A stretch of 64,000 bases of DNA from an uncultured Blautia sp. (GCA_963927715.1 CAWVBU010000002.1:515550-579549); one strand, 5' to 3'. Positions 29,433 through 38,826 are shown, counted from the stretch's first letter. Translations and numbers: made by a program. The notes: generated by a model not told the origin, from the letters alone.

Positions 29433-31114
29433 GCGCGGCGCGGACAGATCTCTTCGATTCCGACAACATCTGGAAGATTCTTCTGCGCATCGCCCCGCCG
29501 GTGATGCTGGCTCAGCTGATTCAGTCCATGTATAACATTGTGGACAGTTATTTCGTGGGACAATATTCCGGGGAAGGCCTGACGGCGCTGTCGGTGATCT
29601 ACCCCATCCAGCTGATCGTCACGGCGATTGCCGTAGGAACCGGCGTGGGCGTCAATACCCTGATGTCCAGATTTTACGGGTTCGGGAGAAAAAAGAAAGC
29701 GGACAAGGCCGCAGGAACCGGGACGGCTCTCGCAGTGATCAGCTGGATGGTTTTTGCTCTGATCAGTGTTTTGATCATGAGGCCCTTTGCCGTGGCTTCC
29801 TCAGAATCACCGGTGGTGGTGGAGTACACGGTGCTTTACGGGACAATTGTCTGTGTGGGAAGCCTGGGCGTTTTTCTGGAGAGTACCTGGAGTAAGGTAC
29901 ACCAGGCCGGAGGAAACATGCGCCTCCCCATGATCGCGCAGATTTCAGGCGCCGCCATGAATATCGTTTTGGATCCGATCCTGATTTTCGGAGCAGGACC
30001 GGTTCCAGAGCTGGGCGTTGCGGGAGCAGCCATTGCCACCGTTGTCGGCCAGTTTCTGGCGGCGGCAATCACCTCCACCGGATTCCGGCGTCCGCCGAAA
30101 ATGCGGGAGATCGCTCCTTATGCCAGGAGAATCTATCAGCTGGGATATCCGTCTATTTTGATGCAGATGTTGTTTACGGTGTATATTATGGCGTTGAATC
30201 TGATCCTTGCCGGATTTTCTGACGATGCGGTGACCGTGCTTGGTCTGTATTATAAAGTGCAGTCCTTTTTCTTTATTCCGCTGGCGGGATTGCAGACCTG
30301 TATCGTTCCGCTTTTAAGCTATACCTATGCGAAGAATTTTTACAGGCGGTGCCGGCATATCGTACGGAACTGTATTTTGCTGGCCATGAGCCTGATGGTG
30401 GTGGGAGTTGCCTGCTTTGAGTTGATTCCGGAATATTTGCTGCGGATTTTCAGTTCAGATCCGGAGGTGCTGCGGATTGGCGTTCATGCCTTCCGTATCG
30501 TCGGAATCAGTTTTTTTCCCGCGGTACTTTCCCTGATCTTTCCGGTGTTTTTCCAGGCGATCGGAGCGGCGCTGCCCAGTGTGATTCTGTCTCTGACCCG
30601 GCAGATTTTCTGTCTGATTCCCATTTTCTGGCTGTTTTCCAGAATTGGTCTGGGTTATACCTGGATCGCCTTTCCGGCTGCGGAAATGATCACCGGCGGC
30701 CTGGGCCTGTGTTTTTATCTGCGGCGGATCCATATGTGGGAAAAATACCGGGGAAAAGAAACGATAGCGAAAGAAAAGAAAGGAGTTTCTACTATGAAAA
30801 TGATCACGGCGATTGTCAGCAGAAAAGACGCGGGAGATGTCTGCGCGGCGCTCACGGAGGCTGGATATTATTTCACCAGGATTGCTTCCTCCGGCGGATT
30901 TCTCACCGCCGGCAATACAACGCTTCTGATGGGAACAGAGGATTCCCGTGTCCGGGATGCCATTGAAGTGATCCGGCAGCATTGCTCCAGGCGGGTGGAG
31001 AAGATTTCTTCGCCCATACAGCTGGCGACCCCGTCCAACGCGGCTCCCACGGAGGTAACGGTGGGAGGAGCCATTGTGTTTGTCTCAGACGTGAGCCATT
31101 ACGAGAAACTTTGA
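29429..31114 (+). CDS. MATE efflux transporter in frame with C-terminal DarA/PstA (PII-like c-di-AMP receptor) domain
   Basis: MATE: IQSMYNIVDSYFVGQY, NIVLDPILIFG..PELGVAGAAIAT; C-terminal 106 aa from ATG 30794: MKMITAIV..TRIASSGGFLTAGNTTLLMG..EVTVGGAIVFV. Confidence 0.85.
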   Translation: MSAARTDLFDSDNIWKILLRIAPPVMLAQLIQSMYNIVDSYFVGQYSGEGLTALSVIYPIQLIVTAIAVGTGVGVNTLMSRFYGFGRKKKADKAAGTGTALAVISWMVFALISVLIMRPFAVASSESPVVVEYTVLYGTIVCVGSLGVFLESTWSKVHQAGGNMRLPMIAQISGAAMNIVLDPILIFGAGPVPELGVAGAAIATVVGQFLAAAITSTGFRRPPKMREIAPYARRIYQLGYPSILMQMLFTVYIMALNLILAGFSDDAVTVLGLYYKVQSFFFIPLAGLQTCIVPLLSYTYAKNFYRRCRHIVRNCILLAMSLMVVGVACFELIPEYLLRIFSSDPEVLRIGVHAFRIVGISFFPAVLSLIFPVFFQAIGAALPSVILSLTRQIFCLIPIFWLFSRIGLGYTWIAFPAAEMITGGLGLCFYLRRIHMWEKYRGKETIAKEKKGVSTMKMITAIVSRKDAGDVCAALTEAGYYFTRIASSGGFLTAGNTTLLMGTEDSRVRDAIEVIRQHCSRRVEKISSPIQLATPSNAAPTEVTVGGAIVFVSDVSHYEKL

Positions 31115-31134
31115 CGGGAATGAATGGAAAAACG

Positions 31135-31163
31135 TTGTCTTTCTTCTCTTCCGACCTTATAAT
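31135..31163 (+). promoter_or_regulatory. sigmaA promoter of two-component pair
   Basis: TTGTCT-17 nt-TATAAT. Confidence 0.65.
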
Positions 31164-31192
31164 AGGGAGAAGAGTGATACAGGAAGAGAGGG

Positions 31193-32710
31193 ATGATTTT
31201 GCCAAGACAAGAGACGAACTGGGGCTATATTGACTGGCTGGAAGAAAATATGGACGAGGACAAAACCGCGCTGAATGTGGGGATTGTGTCGATTGCGCCC
31301 CACGCCCATATGACGCCCCACATTCATTTCACCGAGCAGGTGCTCTACACCCTGCAGGGAACCGGCTACAGTCTGGTCAATGGAAAGAAAATCGATATGT
31401 CCCAGCCCAATGTGACCCTCCACTGGGAAGCGGGCGTGATTCATGAGATGTATAACGAAGGGGAGGACGAGTTCAAACACCTGATGGTTTCCTGCCCGGA
31501 TATTATGTCCTTTGATTCTCTGGACGCGGACAGCGCTGCTTCGTGTAAACTGAGCGAGGAGGAGAGGGAGGAGTATCTTCGCGCGGCGATCGCCGGGACC
31601 TGTGAACAGTTTCTGGATACGCTGCATTATTCCTATGTGATTTTCAACGCGGTGGGGAGACCGCTGAAGAGGACCCGGATTTTTCCGATTTTCTGCTGTG
31701 AAAACTGTCTGGAGGAAATTTCCGCCAATGTGGCGCCCTGTATGTGCCGCTATATCCGGTGCCCGTTTTATGAGGAGATGAGTTTCGAATGCTCCCATGG
31801 GGTGACGGTGTTCTGTACTCCGATTGTCTTCCGCGGAAACTTTCTGGGCTATATCCAGGGCGGTTATGTCCACATGCACAACGTCTCCGAGGAAGGGGTC
31901 TATGTTATGCCGAAGAGCTCCATCCAGGGAGCGAAGATTCTGCTGCGCCAGATGGTCAAAGCCATGACGGATTACTGCGAAGTCTATCAGTTCAAAAAAG
32001 AGCTGACCCGGCAGGAGACGGAGCTGGAAGACAACCAGCAGTATCAGGAAGTTCTCATCGCCAATCTGCAGAACGCGGAACATACCATGACCGATTTGAA
32101 GATCAATAACCATTTCCTGTTCAATACGCTGAATCAGATGGCCTCCATGGCGCTGGGCGGTGGGATGATTTCCCTGTACCAGTCCATCCTGGATCTGTCC
32201 CGGCTGTTTTCCAGCGCGCTGCGAAACAACAGCAGCATGGTGCCGCTGTCCAGGGAACTGGAATATCTGCATTCTTATCTGAAACTTCAGAAACTGCGGT
32301 ATGGGGAGAGCCTGCATCTGGATTTTCGCGTGGAAGCGGATCTGGATCTGGATCACTGGATGGTTCCCTTTAATTTTCTGATGCCGGTGGCAGAGAACGC
32401 GTTCGTACATGGATTCTCGCAGGAAGACGAGAAGTGGTTTTCCCTGGCCATCGCGCATAAGGAGGAAAAGCTGTTGTTTACGATGGAAAACAGCGGGGTG
32501 TGCGTGGGAGAGGAAGACTGCGCGGAGATTATGCGCAAGATGAAAGACAGCGCGGCCCACGGCCTTTCTATGATTTACTGGAAACTGCACGCGGTTTACG
32601 GAGACCGTTTTTCCATGGAGTTTTTCCCCGGCGCCCAGAGCGGAGTGAAAGTCCGTATCAGTCTTCCCGCAGAAGATCAGATTTCTGACAGAAAGAAGGT
32701 GGAAGCATGA
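31193..32710 (+). CDS. Soluble sensor histidine kinase: cupin + PocR-like + LytS-type kinase + HATPase
   Basis: Cupin PHIHFTEQ...HWEAGVIHEM; Cys-rich PocR-like FECSHG..FCTPIVFRGNFLGYIQGG; INNHFLFNTLN; ENAFVHG; no TM stretch. Confidence 0.8.
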   Translation: MILPRQETNWGYIDWLEENMDEDKTALNVGIVSIAPHAHMTPHIHFTEQVLYTLQGTGYSLVNGKKIDMSQPNVTLHWEAGVIHEMYNEGEDEFKHLMVSCPDIMSFDSLDADSAASCKLSEEEREEYLRAAIAGTCEQFLDTLHYSYVIFNAVGRPLKRTRIFPIFCCENCLEEISANVAPCMCRYIRCPFYEEMSFECSHGVTVFCTPIVFRGNFLGYIQGGYVHMHNVSEEGVYVMPKSSIQGAKILLRQMVKAMTDYCEVYQFKKELTRQETELEDNQQYQEVLIANLQNAEHTMTDLKINNHFLFNTLNQMASMALGGGMISLYQSILDLSRLFSSALRNNSSMVPLSRELEYLHSYLKLQKLRYGESLHLDFRVEADLDLDHWMVPFNFLMPVAENAFVHGFSQEDEKWFSLAIAHKEEKLLFTMENSGVCVGEEDCAEIMRKMKDSAAHGLSMIYWKLHAVYGDRFSMEFFPGAQSGVKVRISLPAEDQISDRKKVEA

Positions 32711-33399
32711 TCCGGGCGGTAATCTGTGACGATGAGATGGCCAGTCATTCCATTATCCGGTATCTCATCGAAAACGAAGGGCTTCCCATAGAAATCGTGG
32801 GAACCGCAGTCAACGGCCAGAGCAGTCTGGAACTGATCCAGAGAGAGCAGCCGGATCTTGCGTTTCTGGATATCCAGATGCCGAAGCTGGACGGTTTCGA
32901 AGTTCTGCAGGAACTGAGAGAAAGCAAGACGAAAGTGATTTTTATCACAGTGTACAACACCTTTGCTTACGCGCAGAAAGCGCTCCGCCTGGGAGCCTGT
33001 GACATCATCGAAAAGCCCATTGATGTGACGCAGCTGAAGGAGGCGATTATCCGTGCCATCGGATGGAATTTCACGGAAAATGAGACTCTGAACCGGGCTT
33101 TGCAGTATATTTACCAGCATTATTCGGAGACCATCACCATGAATGAGCTGGCAGAAAAGGCCTGCTGCACCCCCAGCCATCTGTCCCATCTGTTCCGGCA
33201 GCATTTTGATCTGTCGCCGCTTTCTTATATTCATAAGACCAGAATCGCCAGGGCTGCCCAGCTTCTGCGGGACGGCGCGAGTGTTCAGGACGCGGCGTGG
33301 CAGACCGGATACACCAGTATGAACCATTTCTATAAATATTTTAAACTCTATCAGGGAGTGACTCCCGCAGCGTACCGCCGCGCCCGCGGAGGAGAGTAG
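32707..33399 (+). CDS. Response regulator, REC + AraC HTH
   Basis: VICDDE, FLDIQMP, IEKPID; C-terminal LSHLFRQ..IARAAQLL..GYTSMNHFYKYFK..GVTPAAYR. Confidence 0.92.
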   Translation: MIRAVICDDEMASHSIIRYLIENEGLPIEIVGTAVNGQSSLELIQREQPDLAFLDIQMPKLDGFEVLQELRESKTKVIFITVYNTFAYAQKALRLGACDIIEKPIDVTQLKEAIIRAIGWNFTENETLNRALQYIYQHYSETITMNELAEKACCTPSHLSHLFRQHFDLSPLSYIHKTRIARAAQLLRDGASVQDAAWQTGYTSMNHFYKYFKLYQGVTPAAYRRARGGE

Positions 33400-33528
33400 A
33401 AATCCGCGGAAGGAATTCCCTTCTTGTCTGATCGCAAAAATGATATATTTTTGCACAAAAACTGCCATAGTTTCTTCCCCTTGTTTATGCAATAATGTAA
33501 AAAACGAAAGAACAGGGGGAAGAAAATC

Positions 33529-34977
33529 TTGAGTGATATCCTAACAAAAATTAATGACACTTTGTGGAGTATGCCTCTGGTTATTCTTGTGTTGGGCGCC
33601 GGCCTTTATTTTTCCATCCGGATGCTTTTCCCGCAGTTTCGATATCTGAAAGAAATGATCCGAAACATGGGACAGGGTTCCGACTCGGCAAAAGGCCTCT
33701 CACCGCTTAGGGCATTTATTTTCACAGCAGCCCGTACCGTTGGTGTCGGCAATATCTCCGGTATGGCGACGGCCATCTTCTTTGGTGGTCCCGGTGCCGT
33801 ATTCTGGTTCTGGATTCTGGCGCTGATCGGTTCCGCGGTGGCACTGATCGAGGCAATTCTGTCTCAGACTTACCGTCATACCATCAACGGAGAATACCGC
33901 GGCGGTCCTGCCTACTATATGGAACATGGAATCAAATGCAAACCGCTTGGACGCGCAATGGGAATTCTGTTCGCGAGTCTTACCATTCTGTGTTTCGTAC
34001 TGCTGGCTCCGACCACGCAGTCCTATAACATCACCCAGGGAATCGCTACCGCTTTCCATCTGCCGGTAATCGCAGTGGGCGTCGCGTTCACCGCGCTTCT
34101 CGGATTTGTTATCCTCGGCGGACTGAAACGGATCGGTGATGTGGCGCAGAGAGTTTCTCCGATCATGGCGATGCTGTATATTCTGATGGCAGTCGTGATT
34201 ATCATCATGAATATTCAGGAACTTCCGGGAGTCATCGCGCTGATTTTCAAATCCGCGTTCGGAACGGATCAGGTATTCGCGGGAATCGCCGGCTCCGCAA
34301 TCTCCTGGGGTATTAAACGAGGCGTGTTCGCCAACGAAGTCGGTGTCGGTTCTTCTGCCGTAACCGCAGCGGTCGGCGAGGTCAGCCATCCGGTAAAACA
34401 GGGCTTAAGCAACGCAGTCAGCGTTTTCATCGGTACCTTCTTTGTCTGCACCACATCCGCGATCATGATGCTGATGACCGGATGCTACAATGTTAGTGAC
34501 GGCGCGGACGGACTTATCTACGAAGGTCTTCCCGGTGTCGCTTATGGAAATGATTTTGTTTCCACCGCCATCGATACCGTAATTCCGGGACTGGGCGCTC
34601 CGTTTGTGGCGATCGCGATCCTGTGCTTCGCTTCCGTCGCACTGCTTGCTTACTATATGTACGGAGAGAGCAGCCTTCTGTATCTCTTCCCGAACAACAA
34701 GACCATTCACTGGGTAATGAAGGTGGTCTTCCTGATTATCATCTTCCTGGGATGTATCTTATCCGCGGATATGGTATGGACCATGGGTGATATCGGACAC
34801 GGCGTTATGGCCTGGGAGAACGTGATCGCATTGCTGATTCTCGGAAATCAGGGAATCCGTATCTTCAAAGATTATGACAGACAGCGTAAATCCGGCGTGA
34901 AAGAGCCGACATTTGATCCGGAAGCTCTGGGACTGGACGTGAATGAAGTGAGTGAGACCTGGAGAAAAGGAAACTGA
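33529..34977 (+). CDS. Alanine/glycine:cation symporter (AGCS) family transporter
   Basis: VGVGNISG, GGPGAVFWFW, YRGGPAYY, GIKRGVFANEVGVG, HPVKQG, FVCTTSA. Confidence 0.93.
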   Translation: MSDILTKINDTLWSMPLVILVLGAGLYFSIRMLFPQFRYLKEMIRNMGQGSDSAKGLSPLRAFIFTAARTVGVGNISGMATAIFFGGPGAVFWFWILALIGSAVALIEAILSQTYRHTINGEYRGGPAYYMEHGIKCKPLGRAMGILFASLTILCFVLLAPTTQSYNITQGIATAFHLPVIAVGVAFTALLGFVILGGLKRIGDVAQRVSPIMAMLYILMAVVIIIMNIQELPGVIALIFKSAFGTDQVFAGIAGSAISWGIKRGVFANEVGVGSSAVTAAVGEVSHPVKQGLSNAVSVFIGTFFVCTTSAIMMLMTGCYNVSDGADGLIYEGLPGVAYGNDFVSTAIDTVIPGLGAPFVAIAILCFASVALLAYYMYGESSLLYLFPNNKTIHWVMKVVFLIIIFLGCILSADMVWTMGDIGHGVMAWENVIALLILGNQGIRIFKDYDRQRKSGVKEPTFDPEALGLDVNEVSETWRKGN

Positions 34978-35041
34978 GTAAATTTTACATAAAAAAATAT
35001 AAAACGAGATGGCAGACAGCTGCCAGGAAAGGATGAATCAT

Positions 35042-36307
35042 ATGTTAAGACAAACAAGACTTACTGACCCGGAACTTGCGAAAATCGTCGACAAGGAGCT
35101 TGACCGTCAGGAAAAATGTATCGAGATGATTGCTTCTGAGAGTACCGTACCGGTTCCTGTTATGGAACTGTCCGGAAGTGTATTTACCAACAAAACACTG
35201 GAGGGATATCCGGGAGCGCGTTTCCAGGCCGGCGGCCAGGTGGCAGACGAGATGGAGACTCTCGCCATCAAACGTGCGAAAGAGCTCTTCGGAGCAGATC
35301 ATGTGAACATTCAGTCTTATTCCGGCTCCACCGCGAACTACTCTGTATTCGCGACCATTCTGAAACCGGGAGACAAAGTACTGGCGATGCGCCTGGATCA
35401 GGGCGGACATCTGACCCATGGTTCACCGGCGAACTGGACCAGCAGCATGTATCAGCATACGTTCTACGGCTGTGATCCTGAGACCGGAAGAATCGATTAT
35501 GATGAGATGGAGAGACTGGCCAATGAGGTAAAACCGAAACTGATCATCTGCGGCGCAAGTTCCTATCCCCGTCTGATTGACTATGAGCGCGTGGCAAACA
35601 TCGCGAAATCCGTGGGCGCGTACTCCATGTGCGATATGGCTCATGTGGCAGGTCTCGTGGCCGCGAAGATCATTCCAAGCCCGATTCCTTACATGGACTT
35701 CGTAACTTCTTCTACGACCAAGACCTTCTGCTCCGCAAGAAGCGGTATGGTATTCTGTAAAGAAAAATACGCGAAAGCTCTGGACAAAGGTTCCTTCCCG
35801 GGAGCACTTGGTTCCATGCACCTTCAGACGATGGCTGCGAAATGCTGGAGCTTCCGCTATGCGGCATCCCAGGAATTCCATGACACCATGGCACAGGTAG
35901 TGAAGAACGCGCAGCATATGGCAGAAGAGCTGATCAAACGCGGTTACAACATCGTGAGCGGCGGTACCGACAACCATCTTCTGGTTGTGGATCTGCGCAA
36001 CAAAGGTGTAACCGGACGTCAGATGCAGGATTCTCTGGAGAAAGCAGGAATCTCTGTAAACAAACAGGTGGTTCCGTTTGATACCGCGAAGCCAAACGTT
36101 ACCAGCGGCGTTCGTATCGGTCTGACTTCTGTAACCCAGCGTGGAATCAAAGAAGACGGCGTAACCGAAATCGTTGAGATGATCGATAAAGTAGTCAACG
36201 CTCCGGAAGACGAGGCAGTGATCGCCGCTGTGAAAGCACAGGCAGAAGCCTTCATCGCGAAATATCCTCTTTACACCAAAGAAGAGCTGGAGGAGCTGGC
36301 AGAGTAA
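35042..36307 (+). CDS. Atypical SHMT-family PLP enzyme, probably 2-methylserine (D-alanine) hydroxymethyltransferase-like
   Basis: SHMT fold (IASE, GGHLTHG, DMAHVAGLVA, SGGTDNHL, SGVRIG), but NKTLEGYPG replaces NKYAEGYPG and SSTTKT replaces TTTHKT. Confidence 0.8.
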   Translation: MLRQTRLTDPELAKIVDKELDRQEKCIEMIASESTVPVPVMELSGSVFTNKTLEGYPGARFQAGGQVADEMETLAIKRAKELFGADHVNIQSYSGSTANYSVFATILKPGDKVLAMRLDQGGHLTHGSPANWTSSMYQHTFYGCDPETGRIDYDEMERLANEVKPKLIICGASSYPRLIDYERVANIAKSVGAYSMCDMAHVAGLVAAKIIPSPIPYMDFVTSSTTKTFCSARSGMVFCKEKYAKALDKGSFPGALGSMHLQTMAAKCWSFRYAASQEFHDTMAQVVKNAQHMAEELIKRGYNIVSGGTDNHLLVVDLRNKGVTGRQMQDSLEKAGISVNKQVVPFDTAKPNVTSGVRIGLTSVTQRGIKEDGVTEIVEMIDKVVNAPEDEAVIAAVKAQAEAFIAKYPLYTKEELEELAE

Positions 36308-36413
36308 TCGGTAAATACGAATAAGTCCCTAAATTCTTTTATCTAAGCATAGAAAGCAGGAGCTGTCCTGAAAACATTCTTCAGTGCTCCGTTATAAACA
36401 AACATCCTAACTT

Positions 36414-36465
36414 GGGCGTTGCTCCATAGATGCGTCATTCATCTATGGAGCAACGCTCCCTTTTT
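36414..36465 (+). terminator. Terminator of AGCS-SHMT-like operon
   Basis: GGGCGTTGCTCCATAGATG-7 nt-CATCTATGGAGCAACGCTCCC then TTTTT. Confidence 0.85.
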
Positions 36466-36666
36466 ATTATAGACAAAATGGTTGTACAGATATCTTTTGA
36501 CCTTCATAACGTTCATGTCAAGTTTATTTTCAGATTATTGGTTTGAGTACATACATTTTACATATATTTTATATATATTACACTTGAATACGATAGATAC
36601 GAAATCAATATAAGAGTACAATAGCTATGAGTATATTATACTCTAAAAAATAAAAGGAGAAAGCCT

Positions 36667-38142
36667 ATGAGAGAGAAAAGGAGAATCTTGCACAAAACGA
36701 TGGCGGGTCTGCTTGTCATAGTTATGATGGGGTCCACGGCAGTGCCGGTTTTCGCAGCGCCTGAGCAGTATGCAGAAGAGACGGCTGCACCGGAAGAGCT
36801 GACTTCAGAAGAGGCTTCCCCCGAAATAGTGGCGGAACAGCCGGCGGAAGCTCTGACCGATGACGACTGGGACGACGACTGGGACGATGACCGGGATGAT
36901 GACCGGGACGACGACCGGGACGATGACTGGGATGACGATGACGACCGGGACGATGATGACTGGGATGATGCAACAAGAATAACTTTGAATTACAGTTCAC
37001 TGAAGTTTACGAAAAAAGGAGAAACCAAACGTCTGGTAGCGACTGTGCATTCCGATGATGACGATGATTCGGATGATATTGACTGGGAGAGCAGCAATGA
37101 ACAGGTAGCACGCGTATCGGATAACGGTCTGGTGACTGCGGTTGGTAATGGAACGGCGGTGATCTGGGCACAAGAAGATGACGCAAGGGCTTCCTGTACT
37201 GTAACGGTATCCGGAATCAAGCCGGATCAGGTAGAGACAATCAGTGTAAGAACCTGGGGCGCTACAGCCTTAAAAATTAGCTGGACTCCGTTCTCCGGTG
37301 TGGAAGGATACCATGTATACCGCGCAACGTCCAAGAACGGAACCTATCGCCAGGTGGCAAGGCTTCTTGGCAGTGATGTGAGTTCTTATGTGAATCGGGG
37401 ACTGACGACAGGACATACCTATTATTATAAAGTACGTGCTTTTAAAGATGGAATCTGCGGAGCTTATTCTCCGGTGAAGACTGGAAAACCGGTTCCGAAA
37501 CAGACTGTGGTTACGAAGGTTCAGTCCTGGGGGTTTAACGGACTGAAGATCAGCTGGAACAAAGTGGCCGGAGCAGATGGCTACAGGATTTATCGCGCCA
37601 CATCCTCTGATGGATCCTATTCTTATGTGGCCCAGATCAATAGCGGCAGTACTACTTCCTATGTGAATTCTGGCCTCACAACCGGTCAGAAATATTATTA
37701 CAAAATGCGTGCATTTAAAAAATATCAGGGAAGTTATCATTTTGGCGCAATGTCTGCGGTGAAGGGAGATGTGGCTCCGAAACTTAAACAGGCAGTCATT
37801 ACAAAAGCGGTTCCAGGTCATGAGAAGGTGACCCTGACCTGGAATAAAGTGAATGGCGCTTCCGGCTACCAGATCTATTACTGTGAAGCTGATGATGATG
37901 ACGACTGGGATTATGTGAAACAGTTGAAAGGAACCACTTATACCCATCGGGATGATGATTTGGACGGAGACACTTATCTGTACAAAGTACGTGCGATCCG
38001 CTTTGTCAATGGAAAGAAACTGTTCGGAACTTTTTCCACGCCTAAGAGCGTTCGTGTTCCGGACTATGATGACGATGACGACTGGAACGATGACTGGGAT
38101 GACGATGATGACTGGGATGACGATGATGACTGGGATGATTGA
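36667..38142 (+). CDS. Secreted protein: signal peptide, Asp/Trp repeats, Big_2 Ig-like domain, three Fn3-like repeats, Asp/Trp tail
   Basis: Signal ending VPVFA; ITLNYSSL..WESSNEQVARVSDNGLVTAVGNGTA; repeats ISW..GY.IYRATS..G.Y..GLTTG..YYYK.RAFK. Confidence 0.85.
   Translation: MREKRRILHKTMAGLLVIVMMGSTAVPVFAAPEQYAEETAAPEELTSEEASPEIVAEQPAEALTDDDWDDDWDDDRDDDRDDDRDDDWDDDDDRDDDDWDDATRITLNYSSLKFTKKGETKRLVATVHSDDDDDSDDIDWESSNEQVARVSDNGLVTAVGNGTAVIWAQEDDARASCTVTVSGIKPDQVETISVRTWGATALKISWTPFSGVEGYHVYRATSKNGTYRQVARLLGSDVSSYVNRGLTTGHTYYYKVRAFKDGICGAYSPVKTGKPVPKQTVVTKVQSWGFNGLKISWNKVAGADGYRIYRATSSDGSYSYVAQINSGSTTSYVNSGLTTGQKYYYKMRAFKKYQGSYHFGAMSAVKGDVAPKLKQAVITKAVPGHEKVTLTWNKVNGASGYQIYYCEADDDDDWDYVKQLKGTTYTHRDDDLDGDTYLYKVRAIRFVNGKKLFGTFSTPKSVRVPDYDDDDDWNDDWDDDDDWDDDDDWDD
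36859..36969 (+). repeat. Tandem 12-bp coding repeat GAY-GAY-GAC-YGG (DDDW/DDDR)
   Basis: About 8 units read directly; the TGG/CGG switch gives W or R. Confidence 0.9.
38062..38139 (+). repeat. C-terminal Asp/Trp coding repeat (DYDDDDDWNDDWDDDDDWDDDDDWDD)
   Basis: Read directly before TGA 38140-38142. Confidence 0.9.
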
Positions 38143-38286
38143 TACGGAATTTGATGGAACAAAATCAAGCAGAGAAGTGATTAGCCCCCGTCCTCTCACA
38201 TTATCATGTATATCCTTCGGTATATGACGTTTTCCATAGTTGACGTGCAGAGACTGATATTTAGTTTTTGGAAAGGGAGGAAAGTT

Positions 38287-38709
38287 ATGGCTTTGCTGAT
38301 GAATGATACGGACATGAAGCAGATGCTGGCAAGTATCTGTCCGGAAGGAGAAACTTATCAGGGACAGGCATGGGGAACATTGATGTCAGGGACTGCGGAG
38401 ATGCTTGCTCTGGGTGCGTTAAGTAATGTATACTGTTATGTGGGGGTTACTGAGAAGTCACTGGTGATCGCAGTGCTGGAAACTTTTGATATTTCCCATA
38501 TTTACGGAAAAATCTGTCTGCCTTTTACGCAGCTGGATGAATTGAAGATTAAGAAAGGTCTGATCCCTTCCCAGAGAATTCTGAAAATCAAAAGTGGAAA
38601 AACGAAATTAAAACTCTCCCTGGTTAATAATTCCATCACTGCAAAAGTGAAGGAACAAAAACAGGGAATACAGGCAATATGTGAATCACTGGGTTCCTTT
38701 TCCAAATAA
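38287..38709 (+). CDS. Hypothetical protein, possibly bacterial PH-like fold
   Basis: ATG 38287 with RBS GGGAGG; YCYVGVTEKSLVIA strand pattern; lower GC than core genes. Confidence 0.65.
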   Translation: MALLMNDTDMKQMLASICPEGETYQGQAWGTLMSGTAEMLALGALSNVYCYVGVTEKSLVIAVLETFDISHIYGKICLPFTQLDELKIKKGLIPSQRILKIKSGKTKLKLSLVNNSITAKVKEQKQGIQAICESLGSFSK

Positions 38710-38773
38710 AAATTAACGATGTAAACGGGAATCGGAACTGTCTGCAGGCATTTATGTAAATCAAAATAAGATG

Positions 38774-38826
38774 AAAAAGCGGCTGCAAACCCAGTAAATA
38801 AGTAGGGGTATTGCAGCTGCTTTCTG
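38774..38826. terminator. Probable terminator hairpin
   Basis: AAAGCGGCTGCAA...TTGCAGCTGCTTT. Confidence 0.55.

Noticed and set aside
33400-33528. Glycine riboswitch upstream of AGCS/SHMT-like genes
   Set aside because: No aptamer motifs and too little space
36859-36969. Short repeats as a possible CRISPR array
   Set aside because: 12-bp units with no spacers, in frame within a CDS, no cas genes
38774-38826. Hairpin as an att or recombination site
   Set aside because: No second copy and no recombinase in the window; a terminator explains it
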